Assembly (NCBI GenBank): GCA_964526285.1
Contig: CAZGIW010000001.1
Span: 1-60,863 of the forward strand
Direction of reading: 5' to 3'
Length of the DNA: 60,863 nt
Origin: an uncultured Bacteroidales bacterium
GTDB lineage: Bacteria; Bacteroidota; Bacteroidia; Bacteroidales; DTU049
The notes under the pieces are model-generated. The model searched no databases. It saw nothing but the letters and a program-made list of their open reading frames with translations, and was not told where the DNA came from. A program made the translations under genes and the position numbers. The first letter of the stretch is position 1, and every line of letters begins with the position of its first letter. Shown here piece by piece: positions 1-10,796 of the stretch.

Positions 1-54
1 GTAGCACTGCAGATTTTGGTTCTGCCTGTCCAGGTTCGAATCCTGGTCGGACAA
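1..54 (+). tRNA. tRNA-Gln(UUG), 5'-truncated by the window edge
   Basis: Anticodon arm GCAGA-TTTTGGT-TCTGC (TTG at 16-18), T-arm CCAGG-TTCGAAT-CCTGG, 3' acceptor strand TCGGACA plus discriminator A; no encoded CCA. Confidence 0.93.
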
Positions 55-79
55 CAAAAATAGTTGGGTAGATTATTGC

Positions 80-99
80 AAGGGGGCCGAAAGCCCCTT
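80..99 (+). promoter_or_regulatory. rimP-leader-like GC hairpin
   Basis: AAGGGGGC-CGAAA-GCCCCTT hairpin 16 nt upstream of rimP; fits the short GGGc...gCCC hairpin known upstream of rimP in many bacteria. Confidence 0.65.
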
Positions 100-115
100 A
101 ACTTTTATCCAGAAA

Positions 116-574
116 ATGATGATAGATAAAAAACAAATAGAACAATTGATAGAGCAGGCAACTGAAAACACTATGCTGTTTATCACTTCTGTGCAGATAA
201 AACCGGGAAATAACATTCTTGTGTTTTTAGATGGAGACCACGGGGTGTCAATAGAGGATTGTGTCAGAATTAGTCGTTTTATTGAAAATAATCTTGACCG
301 TGAAAAAGAGGATTTTTCTTTAAATGTGTCTTCTCATGGTTTAACAAGTCCATTTGTTATGCCCAGGCAGTATAGAAATCACTGTGGCAAAGAAGTGACA
401 ATTCTCTTTAAAGATGGCAACAAGATATCAGCTGTTATCACCGAAGCTGACGACCTTTGTTTTTCAGTGCTCCCCATGAAAAAAAAGAAAAAATCCACTT
501 CTGAACAAACTGATGAAGTTCAGAAGATTCAATATTCAGAAATCAAAGAAGTTAAATTAAATATATCATTTTAA
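116..574 (+). CDS. rimP: Ribosome maturation factor RimP
   Basis: VFLDGDHGVSIEDCVRISRFIE...LNVSSHG motifs; first gene of rimP-nusA-infB. Confidence 0.93.
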   Translation: MMIDKKQIEQLIEQATENTMLFITSVQIKPGNNILVFLDGDHGVSIEDCVRISRFIENNLDREKEDFSLNVSSHGLTSPFVMPRQYRNHCGKEVTILFKDGNKISAVITEADDLCFSVLPMKKKKKSTSEQTDEVQKIQYSEIKEVKLNISF

Positions 575-586
575 TTCATAATTACA

Positions 587-1822
587 ATGGAAAATCTTAA
601 TCTGGTTGAAACGTTTTCGGAATTCAAGGAATTCAAGAACATTGATCGTCCCACTATGATGCGCATTCTTGAGGACGTATTCAGGCATTTGCTGATAAAA
701 AAACACGGCACTTCAGATAATTTTGATATTATTGTGAACATTGACAAGGGTGACCTTGAAATTTGGCGTACTCGCGAAATTGTTGAAGACGGCAAAATAG
801 AAGATGAAAACCTTCAAATTGAATACTCAGACGCGATCAAAATTGAACCCGATTTTGAAGTGGGAGAAGAGGTGTATGAGCAAGTTAAACTTGCTGATTT
901 TCAAAGACGTGAAATTTTAGCCATACGACAGCACCTCAATTCAAAAATACTTGAATATGAAAAAGACAACGTATATAAAAAGTATGTTGATAAGGTTGGT
1001 GAAGTGCTTACAGGCGAAGTGTATCAGGTATGGAGAAAGGAAATTCTGGTACTTGATGAAGAAGGTATTGAACTGGTATTGTCTAAAGACGGGCAAATTC
1101 CGGCAGATATATATAAAAAGGGTGATACCATCAGGGCCGTTATTGAATCTGTTGAAATGAAGAACAACTCTCCAGTAATTTATCTTTCAAGAACATCGCC
1201 GGTATTTTTGGAGCGTTTGTTTGAACAGGAAGTACCTGAAATTTATGACGGACTTATAACAATAAAGAATATTGTAAGAGAACCTGGAGAAAGGGCAAAA
1301 ATTGCGGTAGAATCATATGACGATCGCATTGACCCTGTTGGTGCATGTGTTGGAATGAAAGGTTCACGTATTCATGGCATTGTAAGAGAATTACGCCAGG
1401 AAAATATTGATGTAATCAACTATACAAACAATATGCAGCTTTATATTGCACGCGCATTAAGTCCTGCAAAAATCACAAGTATTAAACTGCTTGAAGATGA
1501 TAAAAGAGCCGAAGTTTATTTAAAATCAGATCAGGTGTCTCTGGCTATTGGAAAAGGAGGCCACAACATCAGGCTTGCTGCAAAACTGACAGGATATGAA
1601 ATTGATGTTTACAGAGATAGCACACCAGACAATGAGGATGTGAGTATTCAGGAATTTGATGATGAAATTGACGCCTGGATTATTGAAGAATTTAAAAAGA
1701 TTGGACTGGATACAGCCAAAAGCATTCTGGAACTTGACATTGAAGAACTGATGTCAAGAACAGACCTTGAAGAAGAAACAATTAAAGAAGTAATAAGAAT
1801 TCTTAAAGCTGAATTTGAATAA
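587..1822 (+). CDS. nusA: Transcription termination/antitermination factor NusA
   Basis: S1 and KH domains: REPGERAKIAV, DPVGACVGMKGSRI, SLAIGKGGHNIRLA. Confidence 0.98.
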   Translation: MENLNLVETFSEFKEFKNIDRPTMMRILEDVFRHLLIKKHGTSDNFDIIVNIDKGDLEIWRTREIVEDGKIEDENLQIEYSDAIKIEPDFEVGEEVYEQVKLADFQRREILAIRQHLNSKILEYEKDNVYKKYVDKVGEVLTGEVYQVWRKEILVLDEEGIELVLSKDGQIPADIYKKGDTIRAVIESVEMKNNSPVIYLSRTSPVFLERLFEQEVPEIYDGLITIKNIVREPGERAKIAVESYDDRIDPVGACVGMKGSRIHGIVRELRQENIDVINYTNNMQLYIARALSPAKITSIKLLEDDKRAEVYLKSDQVSLAIGKGGHNIRLAAKLTGYEIDVYRDSTPDNEDVSIQEFDDEIDAWIIEEFKKIGLDTAKSILELDIEELMSRTDLEEETIKEVIRILKAEFE

Positions 1823-1885
1823 TTTCGTACTTTTACGTCATTATTCTTTGCATTGAGAATATTAAATGAAATATAGGAGAAGTCT

Positions 1886-4753
1886 ATGTCAAATGAAAAT
1901 GCTCCTTTGAGACTACAAAAAGTAATGAGTGAATTCAATATTGGATTGCAAACCATTAATGAATTTCTCAAAAAGAAAGGCCTTATTAAAGAAGACCTGA
2001 AGCCAACAGCAAAAGTGGAATACGATTGGTATCTTCTGCTTGTTAAAGAATTTCAGGGTGAAAAAAACATCAAACAACAAAGTCTTAAGGTTGCTGTTGG
2101 TTCAGAAAAAAAGGACGCTGTTTCCATTGATCCTGTTGAAAAACCAGTTTCCACTGAAATAACTGAAAAACAACCTGAAGAGGAAAAACCTCCGGTTGAA
2201 ACACCTGAAATTAAGGAAAAGGACGAAAAGAAAACAACAGAAGAAACTATTGAAGAGGAAAAACCTTCAAAAGAAAAAGCAAAAGACGAATCCCCTGAAA
2301 CAGAACAACCTGTGCAAGGTCCAAAAATTATTGGAAAAATTGATGTTGATGCTCAAAAAAACAGGTCAAAAACTAAAAAACCAAAAGAAACTGAACAAAT
2401 CACTTCTGAAGAAGAAAAACAGGAAATAACCGAAAAAAAAGAGGAACTGCCCGTTCAAGAAGAAGCTCCTGAAGAACAGGAATTACCTGTAATTGAAGAA
2501 ACTGTGGAAGAAGAAAAGGAAGAAGAAACAGAGCAGGAACAACCTCAGGAACAACCTCAGGAAGAAGAGATTGTTGAAATTACAAAAAAAATCTCAGACC
2601 CTGGCATGATTGAAACTCAGTATGAAAAGCTTACTGGTCCTACAATCGTTGGAAAAATTGATGTTGAACAGTTTGCTAAAAAAACAGAAAAACCTGAGAA
2701 AAAAGATAAATCAAAGGATAAAAAAGTTCCTGTTGCTTCATCTCACGATGAAAAAGTAAAAAAACGCAAACGCAAGCGGATTGATAAAGGTAAAGAAAGC
2801 GATTTTAAGGGAAAACGCGAAGACAGGCAAAAAGAAAAGCCTGTGGAGATTTCGGATGAAGAAATTCAAAAGCAAATAAAAGAAACGCTAGCAAGACTTA
2901 CTTCTTCAGGAAAATCAAAAGCTTCCAAATACAGAAGACAAAAAAGAGACACCGTGTTTCAACAACATCAAACTGAACAGGAAGAAATTGAAAAGCAAAA
3001 AAACCTGCTTAAAGTGACAGAGTTTCTTACAGCCAATGATCTTGCCTCAATGATGAATGTGCATGTAAATCAGGTAATTTCCACATGTCTGAATCTGGGT
3101 CTTTTTGTTTCTATCAACCAAAGGCTTGACGCAGAGGCCATTACTCTTGTAGCCGATGAGTTTGGTTTTGATATTGAATTTGTAAGCATCGATATTGATG
3201 ATGAATTAATTGAGGAAGAAAAAGAAGACGAAAAAACCCTTGTTTTTCGTCACCCCGTTGTCACTGTTATGGGTCATGTTGACCATGGAAAAACCTCGCT
3301 GCTTGACAATATTCGTAAAACCAATGTTATTGCTGGAGAATCCGGTGGTATCACACAGCATATTGGAGCCTACGAGGTACAATTGCCTGATAATAAAAAA
3401 ATTACATTCCTTGATACTCCTGGTCACGAGGCCTTTACTGCCATGCGTGCCCGTGGTGCCAAGCTCACAGATATTGCCATTATTGTTGTGGCTGCCGATG
3501 ACAAAGTAATGCCTCAAACTGTTGAGGCCATTAATCACGCCAGAGCAGCGGGTGTCCCTATGATTTTTGCCATCAACAAGATTGATAAACCCAATTCAAA
3601 TCCTGAAAAAATTAAGGAAGAATTATCTCTCATGAATATTTTAGTTGAAGATTGGGGAGGTAAATTTCAAAGTCAGGAAATCAGTGCCAAACAGGGAGTG
3701 AATTTGGATTTATTGCTTGAAAAAATTCTGCTTGAGGCTGAGCTCCTTGATTTAAAAGCAAATCCAAACAAACCCGCTGTTGGGGCTGTTATTGAATCAT
3801 CCCTTGAAAAAGGAAGAGGATATGTTTCAAAAATTCTCATTCAGTCTGGAACACTTAGGGTTGGTGAAATTGCTGTAGCCGGTTGTTTTCATGGAAAAGT
3901 AAAGGCAATGTTTAATGAAAGAAATCAACCGGTAGCTGAGGCTGGTCCTTCTTCTCCTGTTTTGCTTCTTGGACTTGACGGGGCACCTCAGGCTGGAGAT
4001 AAATTTGGGGTATATGAAACCGAAAGAGAAGCAAAACAGGTTTGTACCAAACGTCAGCAGCTCATCAGAGAACAAGGACTCAGAACACAGAAACACATTA
4101 CTCTGGACGAAATTGGCCGAAGAATTGCCATTGGTGATTTCAAAGAACTCAATGTGATTGTGAAAGGTGATGTGGATGGTTCTATTGAAGCTTTGTCTGA
4201 TTCATTACTGAAATTGTCAACACAGCAGGTTCAAGTCAATGTAATTCACAAATCTGTGGGACAGATTACAGAGTCTGATGTTTTACTTGCATCTGCTTCG
4301 GATGCGATTATTGTTGGATTCCAGGTTCGTCCTTCTTTAAATGCCAGAAAACTTGCTGAAACAGAACAAATTGATATCCGCACTTACTCTGTTATTTATG
4401 ACGCGATTGAAGAAGTTAAAGCAGCCATTGAGGGGATGCTTGCTCCAACAATTGAAGAAAAAATTGTTGGGAATATTGAAATTCGTGAAGTTTTCAAAAT
4501 TTCAAAAGTGGGTGCAGTGGCCGGATGTATGGTGCTTGATGGCAAAGTAGGCCGAAACACAAAAATCAGAATTATCCGTGAAGGAATTGTGATATACGAA
4601 GGAAATCTTTCTTCTCTCAAGCGATTTAAAGATGATGTAAAAGAGGTTTCAACAGGATATGAATGCGGACTTTCTGTTGAAAACTTCAATGACATCAAAG
4701 TTGGTGATATCATAGAGGGATTTGAAATAACTGAGAAAAAAGCAAAATTGTAA
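1886..4753 (+). CDS. infB: Translation initiation factor IF-2
   Basis: [25 protein letters not shown] and NKID GTPase motifs; [13 protein letters not shown]-terminus; long E/K-rich N-terminus. Confidence 0.99.
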   Translation: MSNENAPLRLQKVMSEFNIGLQTINEFLKKKGLIKEDLKPTAKVEYDWYLLLVKEFQGEKNIKQQSLKVAVGSEKKDAVSIDPVEKPVSTEITEKQPEEEKPPVETPEIKEKDEKKTTEETIEEEKPSKEKAKDESPETEQPVQGPKIIGKIDVDAQKNRSKTKKPKETEQITSEEEKQEITEKKEELPVQEEAPEEQELPVIEETVEEEKEEETEQEQPQEQPQEEEIVEITKKISDPGMIETQYEKLTGPTIVGKIDVEQFAKKTEKPEKKDKSKDKKVPVASSHDEKVKKRKRKRIDKGKESDFKGKREDRQKEKPVEISDEEIQKQIKETLARLTSSGKSKASKYRRQKRDTVFQQHQTEQEEIEKQKNLLKVTEFLTANDLASMMNVHVNQVISTCLNLGLFVSINQRLDAEAITLVADEFGFDIEFVSIDIDDELIEEEKEDEKTLVFRHPVVTVMGHVDHGKTSLLDNIRKTNVIAGESGGITQHIGAYEVQLPDNKKITFLDTPGHEAFTAMRARGAKLTDIAIIVVAADDKVMPQTVEAINHARAAGVPMIFAINKIDKPNSNPEKIKEELSLMNILVEDWGGKFQSQEISAKQGVNLDLLLEKILLEAELLDLKANPNKPAVGAVIESSLEKGRGYVSKILIQSGTLRVGEIAVAGCFHGKVKAMFNERNQPVAEAGPSSPVLLLGLDGAPQAGDKFGVYETEREAKQVCTKRQQLIREQGLRTQKHITLDEIGRRIAIGDFKELNVIVKGDVDGSIEALSDSLLKLSTQQVQVNVIHKSVGQITESDVLLASASDAIIVGFQVRPSLNARKLAETEQIDIRTYSVIYDAIEEVKAAIEGMLAPTIEEKIVGNIEIREVFKISKVGAVAGCMVLDGKVGRNTKIRIIREGIVIYEGNLSSLKRFKDDVKEVSTGYECGLSVENFNDIKVGDIIEGFEITEKKAKL

Positions 4754-4770
4754 TTGTCGAAACATCGCAA

Positions 4771-5472
4771 ATGTTTTCTCTTGTAGTGTGCTTTGTTAGA
4801 GACTCCGGCCCTGTTTATTATGAAACAGCATTAAGAGACGGAATCATTGAACCATGGAATGCATTGTCTTCGCTGGCATATCTTTTTCCTGCTGTTTTTT
4901 TTGTTTTGAAAACTTGGCGAAACTATCAAAAACATCAGTTTTTAATGTTTTTTGCCGCCCCGTTGCTTATGCTGGGAGGAATTGGGAGCGCACTTTATCA
5001 TGCTTTTCGTTCATCTGATATTCTCATGTGGCTTGATGTTTTGCCCATTTTTATTTTAACCATGTCTCTTGGAGCATGGTTTATGTTTCTTACATTCAGA
5101 AAGAAAATTCCTGCTATTTTTCTCCTGACTGGATTCATCTTGCTGCGCTTTATTGCATTTAAAATTTTTCAGTTACAAACGGCAATCAATGTTTCTTACT
5201 TTCTTGCCGGTTGTTATATCTTTATTCCTGCAATTTTCTATTTGCAAAAAAACCAATTTCGCCACGCTGGTTTTCTTGTTTCTTCTGTTGTATTATTTGG
5301 AGCTGCTCTACTCATGAGATATTACGATGATTTTCAAAACCATCTGTTTTCTGCCGGTACTCACTGGTTGTGGCATATCTTCTCTGCTGCCGGTGCTTTT
5401 CTGCTTGGAAATTTTCTGTATAAATCTTCTCAATTGCAGGAGCAAACAAACCCTATTCAACAACAAGCATGA
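4771..5472 (+). CDS. CREST-superfamily membrane hydrolase (ceramidase/hemolysin III-like)
   Basis: About 7 TM helices; EPWNALSS, GSALYH (SxxxH) and HWLWH (HxxxH) metal-binding motifs. Confidence 0.75.
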   Translation: MFSLVVCFVRDSGPVYYETALRDGIIEPWNALSSLAYLFPAVFFVLKTWRNYQKHQFLMFFAAPLLMLGGIGSALYHAFRSSDILMWLDVLPIFILTMSLGAWFMFLTFRKKIPAIFLLTGFILLRFIAFKIFQLQTAINVSYFLAGCYIFIPAIFYLQKNQFRHAGFLVSSVVLFGAALLMRYYDDFQNHLFSAGTHWLWHIFSAAGAFLLGNFLYKSSQLQEQTNPIQQQA

Positions 5473-5637
5473 TAGAAACAACAGATTGTTGAGTTTTTTT
5501 TTAACATCCCGAGCAGTTTATTTTATCTAATGATCATTACATCCAATAGTCTTTAATACGTTTTTTAAATTTTTATTAATTCAACGTTATTAATATGTGA
5601 TTTTTGTTTTAAAAAGTCATTTATCGTATATATTTTT

Positions 5638-5645
5638 TAACTTTG
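5638..5645 (+). promoter_or_regulatory. Bacteroidota sigma-70 -7 element
   Basis: TAACTTTG (TAnnTTTG) about 30 nt upstream of the ATG at 5675. Confidence 0.6.
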
Positions 5646-5674
5646 TGAACATATTAAGGATAAATATTTTCCAA

Positions 5675-6364
5675 ATGAAAAATGAAAATATCACAATACT
5701 TTTGGTTGATGATGAAAAAGATATTCTGGAGTTTCTTTCATACAACCTAAAAAAGGAATCTTATCAGGTGGTTACAGCCCGATCCGGAGAAGAAGCCATT
5801 GAAAAAGCTGTTCGCACAAAACCCTCTTTGATTGTTTTGGATGTGATGATGCCTGGAATGGATGGTATAGAAACCTGTACAGAATTGAGAAAACTGAAGG
5901 AAACAAAAGACTCTGTTATCATTTTTCTCACAGCAAGGAGTGAAGATTATTCACAGATTGCAGGACTTGATGCCGGAGCTGATGATTATATAAGCAAACC
6001 CGTAAAACCAAAAGTTTTTCTTAGCAAAATCAAAGCTCTGCTTAGGCGTTCTCCAAAGAATGACGAGGGAAGTACTAAGGAAGCCATTGAGATTATCAAT
6101 CTAAAAATTGATCCTGAATCATATGTGGTCTTTGTTGATGGCAAAGAAATGTCTTTGCCCAAAAAGGAATTTGAGTTATTGCAGTTACTAGCTTCAAAAC
6201 CCAACAAAGTGTTTACCCGCGATGAAATTTTTTCCAAAATATGGGGAAATGATGTTATTGTTGGTGAGCGTACCATAGATGTACACATTAGAAAAATTCG
6301 TGAAAAATTGAATATTACTTCAATTAAAACCATTAAAGGAGTTGGCTACAAATTTGAACTCTGA
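5675..6364 (+). CDS. OmpR/PhoB-family response regulator
   Basis: LVDDE, LDVMMP (phospho-Asp), FLTA, GADDYISKP and winged helix RTIDVHIRKIR; start moved to ATG 5675, downstream of the promoter box. Confidence 0.95.
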   Translation: MKNENITILLVDDEKDILEFLSYNLKKESYQVVTARSGEEAIEKAVRTKPSLIVLDVMMPGMDGIETCTELRKLKETKDSVIIFLTARSEDYSQIAGLDAGADDYISKPVKPKVFLSKIKALLRRSPKNDEGSTKEAIEIINLKIDPESYVVFVDGKEMSLPKKEFELLQLLASKPNKVFTRDEIFSKIWGNDVIVGERTIDVHIRKIREKLNITSIKTIKGVGYKFEL

Positions 6365-7413
6365 TGAAAAGCAGCCCCAGGCAACTTTCTTTGATTTTAG
6401 CAATGTTTTTTTCATTGCTAATATTGGTTTTTTCAGGTGTTTTACAGTTGATTTTCTATGCTAATATTCATTTTTTGTATTCTGTTTTAATAGTAATATT
6501 CTTTTTCCCAGTGTTTTATTTTGTATTCAGATATGCGCTTGAACGGTTTATTTATGATAAAATCAGGATTATTTACAAAACCATACGCCGCTCAAAAAGT
6601 GGAGAAAGAAACAAAAATCGCTTGTTATATCATAAAGGAAAAAGGGATATGCTGGACGCTGTCAGTCAGGATGTTGAGCAATGGGCTGAATTCCATGAAA
6701 AGGAAATAGCAGATTTGAAACGGCTTGAAGCATACAGGAGAGAATTTCTGGGCAATGTTTCACATGAGCTAAAAACACCCATTACTACTATTCAGGGATA
6801 TGTACTTACATTGTTGGACGGCGGCATGGATGATCCCAAAGTGAACAAAAAGTATTTGCTTCGAACAGCAAAAAGTATAAACCGAATGATTGCCATTGTA
6901 AATGATTTGGAAACCATTTCAAAATTTGAAGCAGGGATTATTCAACTTCAGCAAAAAAAATTCAATTTTACATACAGTGTCAAAGAGGTGTTTGATTTTA
7001 TGGAAATGAAGGCTCAAAAACGGGGCATCAGTCTTGTTTTCAAAGGAAATCCTGACCTTCCCTGCTATGTAATGGGAGACAGGGAAAAAATCAGACAGGT
7101 ATTGATAAACCTCATTGACAATGCTCTTAAATACGGAAAAGAATCAGGAGAAACATCCGTCAGTATATTTGACATGGACGACCACGTTCTTATTGAAATT
7201 ACCGACGATGGCATTGGTATTGAAGAACAGGATATTCCAAGGGTATTTGAGCGGTTTTACAGAACCGAAAAAAGCAGATCACGTGCACAGGGAGGCACGG
7301 GTTTGGGATTGGCAATTGTTAAGCATATCATTGAAGCGCACAAGCAAACCATCAATGTGCGAAGTAAAATTGATTTGGGTAGTACCTTTGCTTTTACTCT
7401 GAAAAAAGCATAA
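6364..7413 (+). CDS. PhoR-like sensor histidine kinase
   Basis: Two N-terminal TM helices; H-box NVSHELKTP, N-box NLIDNALKY, DDGIGI, GGTGLGLAI; start overlaps the regulator stop (TGATG). Confidence 0.95.
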   Translation: MKSSPRQLSLILAMFFSLLILVFSGVLQLIFYANIHFLYSVLIVIFFFPVFYFVFRYALERFIYDKIRIIYKTIRRSKSGERNKNRLLYHKGKRDMLDAVSQDVEQWAEFHEKEIADLKRLEAYRREFLGNVSHELKTPITTIQGYVLTLLDGGMDDPKVNKKYLLRTAKSINRMIAIVNDLETISKFEAGIIQLQQKKFNFTYSVKEVFDFMEMKAQKRGISLVFKGNPDLPCYVMGDREKIRQVLINLIDNALKYGKESGETSVSIFDMDDHVLIEITDDGIGIEEQDIPRVFERFYRTEKSRSRAQGGTGLGLAIVKHIIEAHKQTINVRSKIDLGSTFAFTLKKA

Positions 7414-7424
7414 AAACTAAGCAC

Positions 7425-8033
7425 CTATTCTTCCATTTGTTTTCGGGAGTTTTCCACTTTTCTTTTTTCTTCTCTTACTCTGGTTTGAGCTTGTGTAGCA
7501 ATTTGTTCTGCTTCCTGAATTTTTGTCTTATTTTCTTCGTATTCAGATTTGCTAATCGTTCCTTTCTGATATTTTTCTTCATTTCTTGTGCGCGCCTGTT
7601 CAATATTGTCAAACATTCCAGAAACAACATTTTCCTGTCTGTCTAGTTCAGCATCTGCATCATCAAACTTCCCTTTCATTTTATTTCTTGATTCTTCAGA
7701 ACGGATCATCCCAAAGTCACGTCCGCTCATGTCTCCTTTATCTCTCCCATAAGCGTGTCCCTTTCCACTTTGTTCTCCATCTTTCTTTTGCTCTCTCTCT
7801 TGTGTTTGTTCTCCTTTTTGATCTTTTTTTCCAGTATTATCTCTTGCCTGTGTTTGATCTTGTTTGTGCTGGTTGTCCTTGCCTCCCTGATTATCTGGTC
7901 GTGTAGATTGTTGCTCTGTATCTTGTGTGTTGTTGCCTTTTTTATTATCCTGACCTTTTCCTTTTTGTGAAAATACAACTGAAATTGAAAATACACACAA
8001 AAAGATTACTGAAATTACTTTATACATTTTCAT
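7425..8033 (-). CDS. Secreted low-complexity Q/K/D-rich helical protein, unknown function
   Basis: Signal peptide ending VFSQ, disordered N-half, KGHAYGRDK motif, coiled-coil-like C-half. Confidence 0.7.
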   Translation of the reverse strand: MKMYKVISVIFLCVFSISVVFSQKGKGQDNKKGNNTQDTEQQSTRPDNQGGKDNQHKQDQTQARDNTGKKDQKGEQTQEREQKKDGEQSGKGHAYGRDKGDMSGRDFGMIRSEESRNKMKGKFDDADAELDRQENVVSGMFDNIEQARTRNEEKYQKGTISKSEYEENKTKIQEAEQIATQAQTRVREEKRKVENSRKQMEE

Positions 8034-8051
8034 AAGTTTGGTTCCTTTTCT

Positions 8052-8261
8052 TTAAATATCTTTTAATAATTCATTGACTTTCGTTTCTGTTTCAGAAACA
8101 TCTTGTTTTACTTCATTTACTGAGGCATCTATTAATTCTGATTCTTCTTCAACAAATGCAACTTCTTCCTCAGGAGTTAGCATTTCCTGTTCTTTGTTTC
8201 CTGAATTTGTACATGCTACAATCATGGCAACTGCACAAATAATTAAAATTGTTTTTTTCAT
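8052..8261 (-). CDS. Small acidic lipoprotein
   Basis: MKK + hydrophobic stretch + lipobox IVAC; acidic helical body. Confidence 0.75.
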   Translation of the reverse strand: MKKTILIICAVAMIVACTNSGNKEQEMLTPEEEVAFVEEESELIDASVNEVKQDVSETETKVNELLKDI

Positions 8262-8280
8262 AATTTTTGTTGTTTAATGG

Positions 8281-9231
8281 TTAAGACATATTTTGATTCT
8301 GAACTGACGCTTTTTCAAGATATTCATACATTTCTTCAGGACTTATACTCATAAAAAAGTAATTGACAGGATTCAGGGGTGCTCCGTTTTTTCGTACTTC
8401 ATAGTGAAGGTGAGGACCTGTAGCAACCCCACTTCTTCCAACTGACCCTATAATATCTCCCCGTTCTACTTTGGCTCCTGGCTTTACCTCTGACTTAAGT
8501 AAGCAAGCATAAATTGAAATATACCCAAACCCATGATCTATGGCAACGATATTTCCAAGACCCTCGAGGTCTGCAGGAGGTTTAATTACTACCCCGGCAC
8601 CCGTAGCCACAACAGGCACTCCCTGTCTTGCAGCAAGATCAACTCCGTTATGCTGACGTAAAGACTTAAATATGGGATGAACACGCATGCCAAAACCCGA
8701 AATCAATACAAATTCATCTTTTTCAATGGGAAGTATTGCCGGAACACTCTGCAAAAACATCTTTTTTCCATATGCCAGTTCAAATAAAAGCCTGATTTTC
8801 CACATCAGTTGAACTGATTTATCTGCCGTTGATTTCACTTTCACTATTGTTGAGCTCATTAAACTGGAATAATCAAAACCTTCCATATAAAAAGACATCT
8901 CCAGTGTCAATGATTTGAGTTGCTCAATTTCTGCATCAAATGTCAGTTTTTGTATTTCCTTTTCCTTTTCCAGTAATTGTTCATACATAATAATGGATTG
9001 CTCAAGTTTCTGCAGCGCAACATTATAATTCTCTTCAAGTAATTTTAAATCACGCTTCATTTGCCTTTCGTGGGGAGAAGGATAAATGTAAGATACCAGT
9101 ATCACAAACACAAAAGCAAAACCTATTCCTGAAAGCAAAACCCAAATTATGTTTTTCAACTTAACATTGGAACCCTCTCCTATTCTCTCATAGGTTAGTG
9201 TTTCTGGATTTAAACGATAACGTGGCTTCAC
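8281..9231 (-). CDS. M23 family metallopeptidase (peptidoglycan endopeptidase)
   Basis: HNGVD (HxxxD) and GPHLHYEV (HxH) motifs; N-terminal TM plus coiled coil; likely GTG start at 9231 downstream of TACTTTTG. Confidence 0.88.
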   Translation of the reverse strand: MKPRYRLNPETLTYERIGEGSNVKLKNIIWVLLSGIGFAFVFVILVSYIYPSPHERQMKRDLKLLEENYNVALQKLEQSIIMYEQLLEKEKEIQKLTFDAEIEQLKSLTLEMSFYMEGFDYSSLMSSTIVKVKSTADKSVQLMWKIRLLFELAYGKKMFLQSVPAILPIEKDEFVLISGFGMRVHPIFKSLRQHNGVDLAARQGVPVVATGAGVVIKPPADLEGLGNIVAIDHGFGYISIYACLLKSEVKPGAKVERGDIIGSVGRSGVATGPHLHYEVRKNGAPLNPVNYFFMSISPEEMYEYLEKASVQNQNMS

Positions 9232-9256
9232 TTTTTTTTTTAAAACCTGTATTTCA

Positions 9257-9293
9257 CAAAAGTAATCTTTTTTTTTGTTTTTAACTATCTTTG
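9257..9293. promoter_or_regulatory. Back-to-back divergent Bacteroidota promoters
   Basis: TACTTTTG on minus (9257-9264) and TATCTTTG on plus (9286-9293) between the divergent M23 and M17 genes. Confidence 0.6.
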
Positions 9294-9308
9294 TAAAAAA
9301 AAGAAAAA

Positions 9309-10766
9309 ATGAATATTCGAATAAAACAAGCGGATATGTATGCTGCAAAAACCAATGTCGTTATATTGGCAGCTCAGATAAATCAAATTCCACAAGGGAT
9401 ACTTACAAAAGAAGAAGAAGCCTGGCTTAAAAAACTTCCCGAAGAGAAAAAGGAAAAGAATTTTTTTCATTTCAACAAGCTCAACTATCATGTTATGGTT
9501 TGTATTGTTCCTGAAATAAACGAAGAAGAGGAAAACGAAAGAAAAGAAAAAATCAGGAAACTTGGTTCAACTGTAGCTTCTGTGTGCAAGAGTGAGAGTA
9601 TTGAAAACCTCACCCTGTCATGCATCAAAAATTTTGAAGAAGAGGTGAATGATTTTCTTGAGGGCTTGTTCCTGTCTCATTATAATTTTGAAAAATATAA
9701 AAGCAAACAGGAAAAGAAAAAAACACTTTCTGTGGTCACTATAGCAGGAATAAAGTTAAATAAAAACAAACTCAAAGAACTTCAGAAAAAAACTGAATCA
9801 GTTTTTATTGCCCGCAATTGGGTCAATGAACCCGGATCTTCTTTAACACCACTAGGTTTTACAAAAGAGGTGAGTGAATTATTTGCCAACATTCCTGGTG
9901 TTAAAACTGAAATATTCTCTCCAAGAAAAATCTCATCTCTTAAGATGGCTGGCATTGAGGCCGTTTCAAAAGGAGGACCAAATCCTCCTGCTTTTATTGT
10001 TTTGGAATATATTCCTCAACATCTTAAAAAACAGCAACCAATTGTATTGGTTGGAAAAGGAATATTTTTTGATACCGGAGGTATCAATTTGAAACCAGGT
10101 GCAGGACTGGCCGATATGAAATGTGATATGTCAGGTGCTGCTGCTGTTGCTTCAGCGATGTATCTCATCGCTTCAATGAATCTTGATGTTCCTGTGGTTG
10201 GCCTTATTCCTGCTACCGAAAACAGACCCGGAAACATTGCCTATTTGCCCGGGGATGTCATTACTATGATGAACGGAGTCACTGTTGAGGTGAAAAACAC
10301 AGATGCTGAGGGACGCATGATTCTGGCAGATGCATTATGCTATGCAAAAAAATACAATCCTGCTGTTGCAATCACTATAGCAACACTCACCGGAAGTGCT
10401 CATTCCACATTTGGGCACCATGCCATTGCCGGAATGCAAAACAAAGCCGAAAACTGGTTTTCTTTGCTCAAGTCTGTCAGTTTTGAAGTCCATGAAAGAA
10501 TTGCCGAGCTCCCCATGTGGAAAGATTATGAAGACATGATAGAGTCTGGCATTGCAGATATACAAAATATTGGAGGGAAATATGCAGGAGCAATCACTGC
10601 TGCAAAATTTCTTCAGAAATTCACCGACTATCCATTTATTCATCTTGATATTGCAGGCCCGGCATTTACAGAAAAAGCTGAAGCATATGTTCCTGCAGGA
10701 GGCACCGGAGTGGGTGTGCGTTTGTTTTATGCGTTTCTAAGAAAAATCTCTCAGCTTCAGGGATAA
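9309..10766 (+). CDS. pepA: Leucyl aminopeptidase, M17 family
   Basis: VGKGIFFDTGG, MKCDMSGAA, NTDAEGR, IATLTG and HLDIAG motifs. Confidence 0.93.
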   Translation: MNIRIKQADMYAAKTNVVILAAQINQIPQGILTKEEEAWLKKLPEEKKEKNFFHFNKLNYHVMVCIVPEINEEEENERKEKIRKLGSTVASVCKSESIENLTLSCIKNFEEEVNDFLEGLFLSHYNFEKYKSKQEKKKTLSVVTIAGIKLNKNKLKELQKKTESVFIARNWVNEPGSSLTPLGFTKEVSELFANIPGVKTEIFSPRKISSLKMAGIEAVSKGGPNPPAFIVLEYIPQHLKKQQPIVLVGKGIFFDTGGINLKPGAGLADMKCDMSGAAAVASAMYLIASMNLDVPVVGLIPATENRPGNIAYLPGDVITMMNGVTVEVKNTDAEGRMILADALCYAKKYNPAVAITIATLTGSAHSTFGHHAIAGMQNKAENWFSLLKSVSFEVHERIAELPMWKDYEDMIESGIADIQNIGGKYAGAITAAKFLQKFTDYPFIHLDIAGPAFTEKAEAYVPAGGTGVGVRLFYAFLRKISQLQG

Positions 10767-10796
10767 ACAACTCAAAATAAAGCCCCTTTTTTTGTT

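Noticed and set aside
2534-2563. 12-bp tandem repeat CAGGAACAACCT in infB
   Set aside because: In-frame QEQP expansion in the variable low-complexity IF-2 N-terminus
4753-4771. No rbfA or truB after infB
   Set aside because: Usual arrangement in Bacteroidota
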